DNA of 64,000 nt from an uncultured Desulfobacteraceae bacterium (GTDB lineage: Bacteria; Desulfobacterota; DSM-4660; Desulfatiglandales; HGW-15), in NCBI GenBank assembly GCA_964459445.1, contig CAYWMP010000002.1, positions 4,293-68,292 of the forward strand, written 5' to 3'. Below are positions 30,056 to 39,648 of the stretch, one piece after another; the first letter of the stretch is position 1, and every line of letters starts with the position of its first letter. The translations under genes and the position numbers were made by a program. The notes beneath the pieces were generated by a model, which was given only the letters and a program-made list of their open reading frames with translations, searched no databases and was not told where the DNA came from.

Positions 30056-30922
30056 CTACGATTTATAAAGCACTCGGCAGGTATTCACCAACCTTCCAAT
30101 CTTTTCGATCTCAATGACAATCTCATCCCCGTCTTTCATGTAAATGGAAGGCTCTCTGAAAGTCCCCACGCCATGGGGTGTGCCCGTGAGTATGACATCC
30201 CCCGGATAGAGCGTAAAGTTTTGGGAGAGGAAGTGGATGAGTTTGGGCAGTTTGAAAATAATTTCATTGGTGTTGCTGTCCTGCATGAGTTCGCTATTCA
30301 ATCGGGATTTTATGGCCAGGGCATGGGGGTCCGGTATCTCATCTTGGGTCACGATCCAGGGCCCCAGGGGGCAAAATGTATCCAGGGTTTTCCCTCTCAC
30401 CCATTGGCCGTCTCCGAACTGAAGGTCTCTGGCACTGACGTCATTGGCGCAGGTATAGCCAAACACGGCGTCCATGGCCTCGTTTTCGGAACAATGGTAA
30501 ATAGACTTTCCCATAATGACGGCGAGTTCTGCCTCAAAATCCACCTTTTTCGTAACTTCCTCGTACCAGGTAATCACACCGTCGTGACCCAGGAGGCTGT
30601 TGGGGAATTTGGCAAAGATGAGGGGTTTTTCAGGGACCGTGCCTTTGCTTTCCCGGATATGGTCCATGTAGTTCAGGCCGATGCCGATGATCTTGGAAGG
30701 GCGAGTCACTGCCGGGGCAAATTGTACTTTCTCAAACGAAATGGCATCGGCCGAAGGTTGAAGATTTCGACCGCCCTCAATGAAGGCGGTCATGTCCCCG
30801 TCAAAATCCATCGGGACCAGCCCTCGATCCTCAACCATACCCAATCGAATATTCTGTCCATCGTAAAATTGTGCAATTTTCATAATGTCGTTCCCTACTA
30901 ATGGTATAATGATATTAGTCAA
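30056..30922 (-). CDS. fumarylacetoacetate hydrolase (FAH) family protein
   Basis: Typical FAH-family C-terminal domain (GIGLNY..H, FEAELAVIMG, GDVILTGTPHGVG). The start may be the ATG at 30883 (MKIAQFYDG). Confidence 0.8.
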   Translation of the reverse strand: MTNIIIPLVGNDIMKIAQFYDGQNIRLGMVEDRGLVPMDFDGDMTAFIEGGRNLQPSADAISFEKVQFAPAVTRPSKIIGIGLNYMDHIRESKGTVPEKPLIFAKFPNSLLGHDGVITWYEEVTKKVDFEAELAVIMGKSIYHCSENEAMDAVFGYTCANDVSARDLQFGDGQWVRGKTLDTFCPLGPWIVTQDEIPDPHALAIKSRLNSELMQDSNTNEIIFKLPKLIHFLSQNFTLYPGDVILTGTPHGVGTFREPSIYMKDGDEIVIEIEKIGRLVNTCRVLYKS

Positions 30923-31254
30923 AGGAAGAGTATTTGATCAGATACGCAATTGCCCATGTCCAACAATCTGATGAATAGCTTACTTTAGCTGAAGAAAATC
31001 TCCCAGATTAGATAAAAATTTTCCATAGATAGCAGCTACATTCAATCCAGGTATTTTGAAGGTTTTTTATCGTAAGGTTGCGCTCGGGTCTGCGCATGAT
31101 AGTAATGACTACCAAGTGTATTCTATTGAGAATTTGGGTTGATAGCATTGTCGAAAATGTCCCCTATCTATTCCCTCCCGGCAAAATTCAATTTTCAGGA
31201 AAGGGAATAGACGTTTGTCACGCTTATCAACTACGTCCCCCAAATCCCCTGAGG

Positions 31255-32250
31255 CTAGCCGATGCTGCAAGAGATACCCATTTTTATGAACAAATTCCGA
31301 AACCGTTCGACCTGCCCGGTCTCTGGAGTGGGCGTAGAATCATAGGGGAAATCGCGATCCAGCATTTCGTATTTTGATTTGCCGAAGCTATGAAATGGAA
31401 GCAGATTCACTTCTCTCAGTGAATCCAATTTTATAACAAAAGTGGCAATCGCCCGAATGACCTCGATATTGTCGTTAAAATCTGGAATAACCGGGACCCT
31501 AATGATTAAATCTTTTCCCAGTTCGGAAAGAAACACAACATTTTTCAGAATTACTCGGTTTGACACCCCGCTGAAGCGGCGGTGGCATTCCTCGTCAATA
31601 CACTTGATATCGTAAAGAAAGAGGTCATTCACAGCGGCAATCTGCGAAAGTTTTTTATGGTCGGTTATGTACCCGCAGGTTTCAATCGCTGTGTGAAGAT
31701 ATTGCTTTCGGCAAGACGCGAGCAAGGCTTGCAAAAATTGAAATTGGAGAAGGGGCTCCCCACCGGAGAAAGTTACCCCTCCGCCGGATCTCGTGTAGAA
31801 GGGAGCGGAATGCGTGACCTCCCCGATCACCCTCGAAACGGACATGGTTGTGCCGAACAGTTTTCGGGCACCGTTCTCGCAGGCGGCCACACACCTACCA
31901 CAACCGATACAGGCGCGCCGATCAAGCCGGATAATTTCCTCCAAAGTCACGGAAATTGCCTGCTCCGGGCATACCTCAATGCAACGCCCACAGCCTACGC
32001 AACGCTTCTGCAGAATCCCGAGTTCCGCCCGTGGACTTTGAGATTCGGGATTTGAACACCAGAGGCAGTTAAGGGGGCAGCCTTTAAGAAAGACAATCGT
32101 CCGGATACCGGGTCCATCATGGATGGAATAATCCTGGATATCGAATATCGTCCCCTCAATCTCTTGAAACCTGCTTTGGAGATGGCTTGTGTTACTTTGC
32201 ACGACGTGGAACTCTCCCCTTAGGGCTCGCACGAAATACCTGCACATCAT
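31255..32250 (-). CDS. glycyl-radical enzyme activating protein (radical SAM)
   Basis: GCPLNCLWCSNPE (CX3CX2C), preceded by HDGPGIRT. Two ferredoxin-type motifs: CVGCGRCIEVCP and CIGCGRCVAAC. The exact start is uncertain. Confidence 0.9.
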   Translation of the reverse strand: MMCRYFVRALRGEFHVVQSNTSHLQSRFQEIEGTIFDIQDYSIHDGPGIRTIVFLKGCPLNCLWCSNPESQSPRAELGILQKRCVGCGRCIEVCPEQAISVTLEEIIRLDRRACIGCGRCVAACENGARKLFGTTMSVSRVIGEVTHSAPFYTRSGGGVTFSGGEPLLQFQFLQALLASCRKQYLHTAIETCGYITDHKKLSQIAAVNDLFLYDIKCIDEECHRRFSGVSNRVILKNVVFLSELGKDLIIRVPVIPDFNDNIEVIRAIATFVIKLDSLREVNLLPFHSFGKSKYEMLDRDFPYDSTPTPETGQVERFRNLFIKMGISCSIG

Positions 32251-32296
32251 TTGTTTTCAGGTATGAGTTTAGGTTTTTGAAACGCGATCATACTAT

Positions 32297-32513
32297 GGGC
32301 ACTAGGGTCTTTTTTCAAGACGGCCGCCCAAATAGAGCCCGTGCTTCTTACCGCCCCCATGATTCGGCAGGTGGTTCCGGGAGAGGCACAAAAGGCTAAT
32401 GGCGCAGGAACGAGATGGCTCTGTGGGGATGCTTCCAAAACATGTTGGATGTGGGTGCCGTTCCACGACCTCCCAAGATATGGCGGCGCTCTTGAAAAAA
32501 GACCCCAGTGCCC
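32297..32513. repeat. 217-bp element bounded by 32-nt terminal inverted repeats (MITE-like)
   Basis: gggcactagggtcttttttcaagacggccgcc (32297-32328) is the near-perfect inverted complement of ggcggcgctcttgaaaaaagaccccagtgccc (32482-32513). Confidence 0.8.
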
Positions 32514-32576
32514 AATGATCACATCATTTCATAAATCTAAAATGTTACGTTTTCAGATATTCTTGTGCGAGATTTC

Positions 32577-35075
32577 TTAGAGCATCATATTTTCGGTTCT
32601 TCCAATAATGTCATCCTGAACTTTCGGGTCGAGTGCAGTAAAAAGGGCGCTGTACCCGGCCACTCGTACCATAAGATCCGGGTACTTTGCCGGGTGGTGC
32701 TTTGCCTCCCGAAGCGTTTCGCCGTCAACGATATTAAACTGAACGTGCATGCCTTTCAAATCCCCCAGAAAGGTGCGGATGAGGGAGGAGAACTTTCTCT
32801 TTCCTGTTTCATCTTTCAGTACAAGAGGAGAAAATTTCATGTTAAAAAGGTTCCCGCCGGAACAGAGTAGATTTGGTATTTTGGCAACCGATTTCATTGC
32901 TCGGAGGGGGCCCTTTCGGTCCATGCCATGGGTTGGGGAGGTCGTATCCGCAGTTGGTTCCCCATCTTGGCGACCATCCGGCGTAGCGCCTATATACTGA
33001 CCAAAGGGGATGTTCCCAGAAACCGTACTTGTCGATGCCTGCCAGGTGCATCCCCGAGGTCCCTTGCCGTATCTTGTCACTTTGTACTTGGGCAGTTCCC
33101 GGCAGAAAAGATCGAGGGCCGCGGCGGTTAAATTGTCCGCATAATCATCATCGTTTCCGTATTTGGGAACCTCAAGAAGCATTCTGCGAATCTCCTCGCC
33201 TGAGGGAGTGGTCGCTTGATCACTGAAATTCGTATCCATTGCATGAAGTAGCTGTGCTCCGGTCAGTTTCTCTTCCTTGTAGACAAGTTTTTTGATAGCA
33301 GCCAATGAGTCGCCCACATTGGCGAGTCCAACGATCAGCGGTCCACAAAAATCGTATACCGCGCCACCTTGCTTGATGGTTTTCCCTCTTCCAATACATT
33401 CTTCCACAAAACAAGAAACAAAAGGGTTAGGGACGAGTTCTTCCATGGAAGTGTCTATACTATTATCAAGGGTTACCTGGAGTTTAGTAAAAAAACGGGC
33501 TTGACGTTGCCAGTTCTCCAAAACTTCTTCGAATGAACCAAAAGAGGAAAGGTCGCCGTCCTGGGGATGCAGCCTGTGGCCGGTTTTCGGATCGCACCCA
33601 CCGTGCAGGGCGATTTCCAATATTTTAAGCATACTTATAAAAGAAGCCCCATTTGGCCGATACCCCTCCCTTCCCTCCACAATCGGTTCGACACAGCCAA
33701 CAACCGACCAGTTCACCGCATCTTCATAGTCGATGCCTCGATTCAAAAGGGACGGGATGACAGTCTCATCGCTGTACAGCCCCGGTTGTCCCCCACCGAG
33801 TCTGACAACGTCTATGACCTCCTGCAGAAACGCCTCAGACACGCCATCATGAAACCGGAAAGAAAGTGATGGCGCACTGAGCCTTATGGCCTTCTGAGTA
33901 CCCAGAATGAGGTAAGAAAGGAGATTGGTTGCATCTTTGCCGCCATAATGCTGACCACTGAAGGTTATATTTTGAAAAACCTGATAACCCGCGAAGAATT
34001 GGGTACTGTCCCAATCACGGATCTTATTCACTGTAAACAGTTTGAGCCAAAAGCACTGCAGCAGTTCGGCCGCCTCTTCGGTAGTGATCGCGCCTCGTTC
34101 GAAATCAGAAAGAAGATAGGGATAGAGCGTCTGATCCAATCGTCCAAGAGACATTGAATGACCGTTATTTTCGATCTGAAGGATAGCCTGTACGAACCAT
34201 AGCGATTGCAGGGCCTCATAAAAACTCCTCGCCGGATTGTAGGGAACTCGTTCACAGATTGCTGCAATCTTCTTCAGCTCATCTTGCCGCTTCGGATTCT
34301 TTTCCTTTGTAGCCAGCTCATTCGCAAGCGCTGCATACCGATTGGCAAAAATGACGGCGCCATCCAAGGCCAAAAGGGCTGCAGAGTAAAAACCTCTTTT
34401 CCGTACCGCCTCAGGCTCTGCCATATCCAAGGCCTCCAGGTTCTGTTTAATCTCCTCCACAAGTCCCTTAATGCCCTTGCTCAGCAGTTTTTTAAAATCG
34501 ATGGTGATATGGCCGTCCCCGCCCTGCATGAGCCAGTAACTGTTAATCACCATCATATCCGAGGCTTTCTGAACATCATCGGGGAGGATTGACAAAACCC
34601 GTTCGCAATGGGTTTTCGTGTGCCATTGGGGCAGAAGCTCTTTAAGTTCGGCGCGGACATCCGACCGAATCGCATACCGATCACCGGGACGTTCATCAAA
34701 ATAAAAGGGATTACCATCGAGCTCCCGTTCAATCCATTCGACTTCAAACTCCGGGAAAAGCTCAACACCACGCGGGTGTTTCGCCGTATTCCCCACCAGT
34801 AATTCACCGTCGAGAATATAAATGGACATATTTTCGAGCATGCGGGTAAGAGCCTTGGCCCTCTTCATAATGATGGAATCGCTCTGATACTCCTGGTAGG
34901 CCTGGGTGTAATGCCGTACGCGCTCAGAGGATATTTCCGGCATAAGATCAAGAAGATGATTCCGCAATCGGTCGATTCTTTCCGATCTTTTCTCTGCGAT
35001 TTTTTTGGCTGTAACGCCATCCGGCAGCCCCGGATCCCTCAACGTTTCGGCGGTTGATGCGCTAACCCCTTGCAT
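32577..35075 (-). CDS. glycyl radical enzyme, PFL2 / diol-dehydratase-like (eliminase-type), substrate unknown
   Basis: 832 aa. C-terminal glycyl radical motif VRVAGYSALF. Thiyl loop VVGCVEP carries the Glu typical of 1,2-eliminases. An activase gene lies downstream. Confidence 0.9.
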   Translation of the reverse strand: MQGVSASTAETLRDPGLPDGVTAKKIAEKRSERIDRLRNHLLDLMPEISSERVRHYTQAYQEYQSDSIIMKRAKALTRMLENMSIYILDGELLVGNTAKHPRGVELFPEFEVEWIERELDGNPFYFDERPGDRYAIRSDVRAELKELLPQWHTKTHCERVLSILPDDVQKASDMMVINSYWLMQGGDGHITIDFKKLLSKGIKGLVEEIKQNLEALDMAEPEAVRKRGFYSAALLALDGAVIFANRYAALANELATKEKNPKRQDELKKIAAICERVPYNPARSFYEALQSLWFVQAILQIENNGHSMSLGRLDQTLYPYLLSDFERGAITTEEAAELLQCFWLKLFTVNKIRDWDSTQFFAGYQVFQNITFSGQHYGGKDATNLLSYLILGTQKAIRLSAPSLSFRFHDGVSEAFLQEVIDVVRLGGGQPGLYSDETVIPSLLNRGIDYEDAVNWSVVGCVEPIVEGREGYRPNGASFISMLKILEIALHGGCDPKTGHRLHPQDGDLSSFGSFEEVLENWQRQARFFTKLQVTLDNSIDTSMEELVPNPFVSCFVEECIGRGKTIKQGGAVYDFCGPLIVGLANVGDSLAAIKKLVYKEEKLTGAQLLHAMDTNFSDQATTPSGEEIRRMLLEVPKYGNDDDYADNLTAAALDLFCRELPKYKVTRYGKGPRGCTWQASTSTVSGNIPFGQYIGATPDGRQDGEPTADTTSPTHGMDRKGPLRAMKSVAKIPNLLCSGGNLFNMKFSPLVLKDETGKRKFSSLIRTFLGDLKGMHVQFNIVDGETLREAKHHPAKYPDLMVRVAGYSALFTALDPKVQDDIIGRTENMML

Positions 35076-35224
35076 AGTAACCTCCCTTGGATTCGTAAAA
35101 AAAGTTGCATTTATACACTTCTGTTTTTGGCTATTTTGTTGTTATTTAAGCGAAAACTCTGTGATTTTTTGAATCCTTGTCCCTAAAGCTTCATAATGAA
35201 ATGTTGTAAACCCAATCTCAACCA

Positions 35225-35251
35225 GTGTCAATTTTGAATTCTGTTTGACAC
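35225..35251. promoter_or_regulatory. candidate operator palindrome in the divergent GRE / AKR promoter region
   Basis: GTGTCAA-N13-TTGACAC, ~150 nt upstream of the GRE start, in an AT-rich 325-bp spacer. Confidence 0.25.
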
Positions 35252-35399
35252 ACAATGGTAATTTCTCTAGAGTCCTTCAACGAAAAAGCAAGTTCTTATC
35301 ACCTCACCTCATCTACCTCACCAATTGCATATGAAAATGAACATAATATTTCATAACTAAAAACGTTAGGAAACAATCTTGGGAGCAGGAGGCAATCAT

Positions 35400-36257
35400 A
35401 TGATTCAAAAAATTCTGTTCGGGAAAACAAATCATCAGAGTTCCAGGGCCATTTTCGGTTCTGTAAGCCTAGGCGGAGTCAGTCAGTCTGAAGCTGATCG
35501 AGCGCTGGACCTCCTGTGGGAATACGGTGTAAACCATATTGATACGGCACCCAAATACGGAGAGGCCGAACTGCGGTTGGGACCATGGATGAAGCAGTAT
35601 CGCAATCAATTTTTCCTGGCCACCAAAACCAATGAACGAACCTATCAGGATGCAAAGGAGCAGTTTTATCGATCGCTGGAAAGACTCCAGGTGGACAGCG
35701 TTGATCTACTTCAGTTTCACAACCTGACGGATGTAGTCGAACGTGAAATCATCATGGGACCGGGCGGGGCGTTGGAATTCGTGATCGAAGCAAAAGAAAA
35801 GGGATTAACCCGATATATCGGCATCACCGGTCACGGCCTTCATTCCCCGCGGTTTCATATGCAGACCCTGGAACGATTTGCCTTTGATAGCGTATTGCTA
35901 CCTTGCAATTATTTGCTCTTGCAAGACCCGAATTACGCAGCCGAATTTGAAAATCTTCTTACTTACTGCCGGAATCATCACGTAGCGGTGCAGACAATCA
36001 AGTCGATCGCGCGGGGTTACTGGGGGGATAAGGGGTGGAGTCACAGCACCTGGTATGAACCCCTGTCAGACGAAAAGGCTATCACAAAAAATGTTCACTG
36101 GGTATTAGGTATTCCCGATATATTTCTCAACACGGTAGGCGATTTGCAGGAACTGCCCAAGGTTTTGAAAGCTGCCGATAGTTTTGAAAAACGCCCTTCC
36201 AACGAAGAAATGACCGAAACGGTTGAAAAAATGAATATGCAGAAGCTATTCAGTTAG
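35400..36257 (+). CDS. aldo/keto reductase
   Basis: AKR-like features (DTAPKYGEAE, LATK, GITGH). AGGAGG precedes the ATG at 35400. Confidence 0.8.
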   Translation: MIQKILFGKTNHQSSRAIFGSVSLGGVSQSEADRALDLLWEYGVNHIDTAPKYGEAELRLGPWMKQYRNQFFLATKTNERTYQDAKEQFYRSLERLQVDSVDLLQFHNLTDVVEREIIMGPGGALEFVIEAKEKGLTRYIGITGHGLHSPRFHMQTLERFAFDSVLLPCNYLLLQDPNYAAEFENLLTYCRNHHVAVQTIKSIARGYWGDKGWSHSTWYEPLSDEKAITKNVHWVLGIPDIFLNTVGDLQELPKVLKAADSFEKRPSNEEMTETVEKMNMQKLFS

Positions 36258-37069
36258 CCGTTCCGATTTTCTTTAACCCTATTCATAAATGCTTTTACGC
36301 GGTTTACATCAATATGGTTTTCAAACACGCCGTCGTATTTGAAGGTCGTCCCGACTACTGCCCCGTCGGCGATACCGAGCTGTTCTTCCACATTCTCAAG
36401 GCGCACACCCGTATTGGCGAATACAATTGTATCAGGCACGGCCTCTTTGACCTTTTTTAATACTTCCTTGTCCGTCTGCACCCCCGCCGTCAGCCCGGAG
36501 ACACACAAAGCATCCGGGCGGTAATTGAATACGGTCGATTTGGCAATGTCCACAATGTCGCGCTCTGCCAAATAGAGTGCCGCTTCCGGCACAATATTGA
36601 ACAACAGCTTTACATGTTGGGCTCCGATGGCGTGCTGATGGCGCACCACGGTCCCGCAGTCGGTATTCCATAAGCCGAAATCGCTGGCGTAAACGCCTGT
36701 GAAAACCTCGCGCACAAAAAGGGCATCGGTCGCAACAGCCAGATCTAGTGATGCTGCAGGATCCCAGAGAACATTGACGCCGAAGGGTATGTGAATTTCA
36801 GGCATCAGCTCGCCAATAATTCTCGCCATGGCAGCCACAGTGACCGTCTCCACCTTTTTCAGATAAGGCAAACTAAACTCATTTGAAAACATCACGGCAT
36901 CAACACCGCCTTCCTGAAGGGCCGCAAGATCCTTGCGTGCCCATTCGACGACGTCCTCCATTCCCTTTTGTATATCAAAGGAAGGATCGCCCGGAAGAGC
37001 GTCCAAATGGCACATGCCGATAATGGGTTTGCGACATCCAAATACTTCTTCTATCCAGTCTTTTCTCAT
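36254..37069 (-). CDS. BtpA/SgcQ-family TIM-barrel protein (paralogue 1)
   Basis: The N-terminus FGCRKPIIGMCHLDALPGDPSF matches the BtpA/SgcQ family as I recall it. It is paralogous to 37658-38479. Confidence 0.6.
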   Translation of the reverse strand: MRKDWIEEVFGCRKPIIGMCHLDALPGDPSFDIQKGMEDVVEWARKDLAALQEGGVDAVMFSNEFSLPYLKKVETVTVAAMARIIGELMPEIHIPFGVNVLWDPAASLDLAVATDALFVREVFTGVYASDFGLWNTDCGTVVRHQHAIGAQHVKLLFNIVPEAALYLAERDIVDIAKSTVFNYRPDALCVSGLTAGVQTDKEVLKKVKEAVPDTIVFANTGVRLENVEEQLGIADGAVVGTTFKYDGVFENHIDVNRVKAFMNRVKENRNG

Positions 37070-37166
37070 AGCGGTTTACCAGATCACTGGAAGCGCGAAG
37101 GGCTACCATGGAAATTCGCATTAATCAATGAGTGATGCTCCAATAAGATAGTACTTTAGACGCCTC

Positions 37167-37610
37167 TTAAAAGGGAACGCCGGAGACGAGGATTACATTG
37201 GCGTAGGGCGTGAATTCACCTGTTCTTACGATGGCCTTTACTTCTTCTCCCTCTTCAGCACCTCTTAGACCCAGGTGTTTGAATTTTTCGTGAGGGATTT
37301 TTTCCACCACAATAGCGTTGCCCTTATTATCCAAACCTTCAACAATCTGTATCAATTCCTTATATACTTCAGGACTTATTTCCTCTGTCTCATTGGCAAT
37401 AATTATCTTCTCTATTTCCAGATCATTTAAAACGACTTTCACCACATCTAAAAATCTCGGAAGATTATACCCCACCGCAACGTCAACTTTTTTTGTTAAA
37501 TCATGTACCGGAAAAGGGAATCCTCGATCAACAACGAATAACATATTCCCGTGTCCCATATCAGAAACCACTTGGAGTAATTCAGCATTTAAAATACCGG
37601 CCTTTTTCAT
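37167..37610 (-). CDS. RbsD/FucU-family sugar mutarotase/pyranase
   Basis: MKKAGILNAELLQVVSDMGHGNMLFVVDRGFPFP parallels the RbsD N-terminus (..GHTDTLVVCDAGLPIP). Confidence 0.8.
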   Translation of the reverse strand: MKKAGILNAELLQVVSDMGHGNMLFVVDRGFPFPVHDLTKKVDVAVGYNLPRFLDVVKVVLNDLEIEKIIIANETEEISPEVYKELIQIVEGLDNKGNAIVVEKIPHEKFKHLGLRGAEEGEEVKAIVRTGEFTPYANVILVSGVPF

Positions 37611-37657
37611 GAAATGATCCTCCTTTCTACGATTTTAAATTCCTAGGCCATAGGCCA

Positions 37658-38479
37658 TCAACGCAGTGTTTTGACCTGATCCATAAACGATTTTGTGCGT
37701 TCGAAGGAAACCGCATTCTGCCATTTCCCTTCTTCTTTGAATTCACTACCCACTATGGCCCCATCAATAATTTTGAAATAGTCCTTAGCATTATCTTTGT
37801 TAATTCCACTGCCGACAAAGACGGGCAAATCCACAGACGATTTCACAGCTTCGATGTCGGATAAACTTGGTTTTTCGCCCGTGGCGCCGCCGGTTATAAT
37901 CACGGCATCACCTTTGAATGCCTCTACATCATGGGCTTGTTCCTTTATACCCCTATCTGAAGTGATGAAATGACTTCCATGCTTTACAAGAACATCCCCT
38001 AGAATCCTGATTTTATCTCCGCCTATGGCATGTCTGTATCTTAAAGCCTTGGGACCGGAGGCCTCGACAATACCGGCATTCGATATATAGGTATTTGCTA
38101 ACTCGAAAACGCGTATCCATTTAGCACCAGAGGAAACACCGGCTGCCAGCGCCTGTATTGATCCATTAAGATGACAATTGATCCCCACCGGTATTCCGAC
38201 CGTTTGAATAACCGCATAGGCGCACACGGCTAGCGAGGCGGTGGTTTCATGCCCTATCTCGCTTCCCTTCAGGTAGGGATGATCCCACATGTTTTCAATC
38301 TGAAGGCCATCCACGCCGGCCTTCTCCAATAGCGTTGCCTCTTGAACAGCCGTGTCAATGACCGCGCTTATATCACCCTGAGCGTAGAAGGGTGATCCCG
38401 GCAAGGGACGCAGATGCACCATTCCAATGACGGGTTTAAAGGTACCGAAAATCTCATTAATCCATTGAACTGAATCCAT
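37658..38479 (-). CDS. BtpA/SgcQ-family TIM-barrel protein (paralogue 2)
   Basis: FGTFKPVIGMVHLRPLPGSPFY. Length and motif layout match 36254-37069. Confidence 0.6.
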   Translation of the reverse strand: MDSVQWINEIFGTFKPVIGMVHLRPLPGSPFYAQGDISAVIDTAVQEATLLEKAGVDGLQIENMWDHPYLKGSEIGHETTASLAVCAYAVIQTVGIPVGINCHLNGSIQALAAGVSSGAKWIRVFELANTYISNAGIVEASGPKALRYRHAIGGDKIRILGDVLVKHGSHFITSDRGIKEQAHDVEAFKGDAVIITGGATGEKPSLSDIEAVKSSVDLPVFVGSGINKDNAKDYFKIIDGAIVGSEFKEEGKWQNAVSFERTKSFMDQVKTLR

Positions 38480-38511
38480 TTTGATTTCTACCTGTCCGGG
38501 TTAAAGATTGC

Positions 38512-39477
38512 CTAATCTGTGATACTTCCCTTCCGCATCAGGTCCTCCACATCCTGTAATGTTCCCATGGATCGTGCCCCTACCTTTGTACAGCAGATAC
38601 CACCGCAGGCATTGGCGAATTTCCCTGATTCTTCCATATTGTATCCCTTTAACAGGCTGAAGATAAACCCTCCATGAAAGGCATCGCCGGCACCGGTTGT
38701 ATCGACAACAGGGACTCGGTATGGTGGAATTTTTAATTTAGTTTTACTATTCAAAACGAGACACCCTCTATCACCGAGTGTGACGGCAACCATGGAGGAT
38801 CCAAAGTCGAGCAACTTTTCTGCCTTTTCTTCAAGATCCTCCGAACCTATGAGCTCCTTTGCAGCCTTTTTGCACGGTATAAGGACATCAGCAAGCTCCA
38901 ATGCCCGACTCATTTCCTCTTTCGTCGCCAGTTTTGCTTCTTCGACGAAATAGGACGGTGGCACATCCAAATCAAATACGATTTTTACACCGTTTTCTTT
39001 GGCTATTTCCATGGCCCTGATTATAGGATTCAGGGGAATCAGGCAGGCCTCGGTGTGAAGCACTTTTGACGATTGTATATAGGCTTTATGCTTTTGCTCT
39101 ATCTCTTCAGCGTTCAGTTTCACCAAAACATTGGGAAACATGCTTATTGCTCTTTCGCCGTTTTGGTCTACCTGAATCCAGGTAAACATGGAATATTCCC
39201 CTTTCACGACCTCCGCATGGCTGTAGTCAATACCCTCGTTGTGAAAATCTTCCAGCAAAATTTTTCCGGCGTCATCATCTCCTAATTTTCCAAACCAACC
39301 GGTTTGAACTCCCAAGCGACCCAACTGCGTGATAACATTGCCGGCTACCCCGCCGGGGTGGATTTCATAACCTTCTGCCATTATTTTCTCATCAGCCGAA
39401 GGAATTGTCGGGAGCAGTGCAAAATAATCGACAGCCAGGGTTCCGATTGCTGCCACGTCAATGGATTTGTTCGACAT
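38512..39477 (-). CDS. PfkB-family carbohydrate kinase
   Basis: An N-terminal GxxxxD region and the C-terminal motif DTTGAGDAFHGGF. Confidence 0.85.
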   Translation of the reverse strand: MSNKSIDVAAIGTLAVDYFALLPTIPSADEKIMAEGYEIHPGGVAGNVITQLGRLGVQTGWFGKLGDDDAGKILLEDFHNEGIDYSHAEVVKGEYSMFTWIQVDQNGERAISMFPNVLVKLNAEEIEQKHKAYIQSSKVLHTEACLIPLNPIIRAMEIAKENGVKIVFDLDVPPSYFVEEAKLATKEEMSRALELADVLIPCKKAAKELIGSEDLEEKAEKLLDFGSSMVAVTLGDRGCLVLNSKTKLKIPPYRVPVVDTTGAGDAFHGGFIFSLLKGYNMEESGKFANACGGICCTKVGARSMGTLQDVEDLMRKGSITD

Positions 39478-39648
39478 AGGTCTTCCCCCCTGTATGCAAC
39501 AAAGTCAATATCGTATGAGTCATCTTGTTTTTCTGATTGCTATTAGGTGACATGTTAGAAACTGACAGAGGAAAGCAAGCTGGGCGTTCCTCCACAGATG
39601 TCACCGGCCTTGTATTCCCACAAAAAAGAGATCGAGGTAATTCGAAGG

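Noticed and set aside
30173-30901. 242-aa + strand ORF.
   Set aside because: It is antisense to the FAH-family gene, which has clear family motifs.
32247-32522. 91-aa ORF between the GRE and activase genes whose stop overlaps the activase ATG. I considered it as a possible GRE small subunit.
   Set aside because: It runs straight through both 32-nt inverted repeats of a MITE-like element. It has only two Cys, whereas known GRE small subunits bind Fe-S clusters through more. Its composition is also odd.
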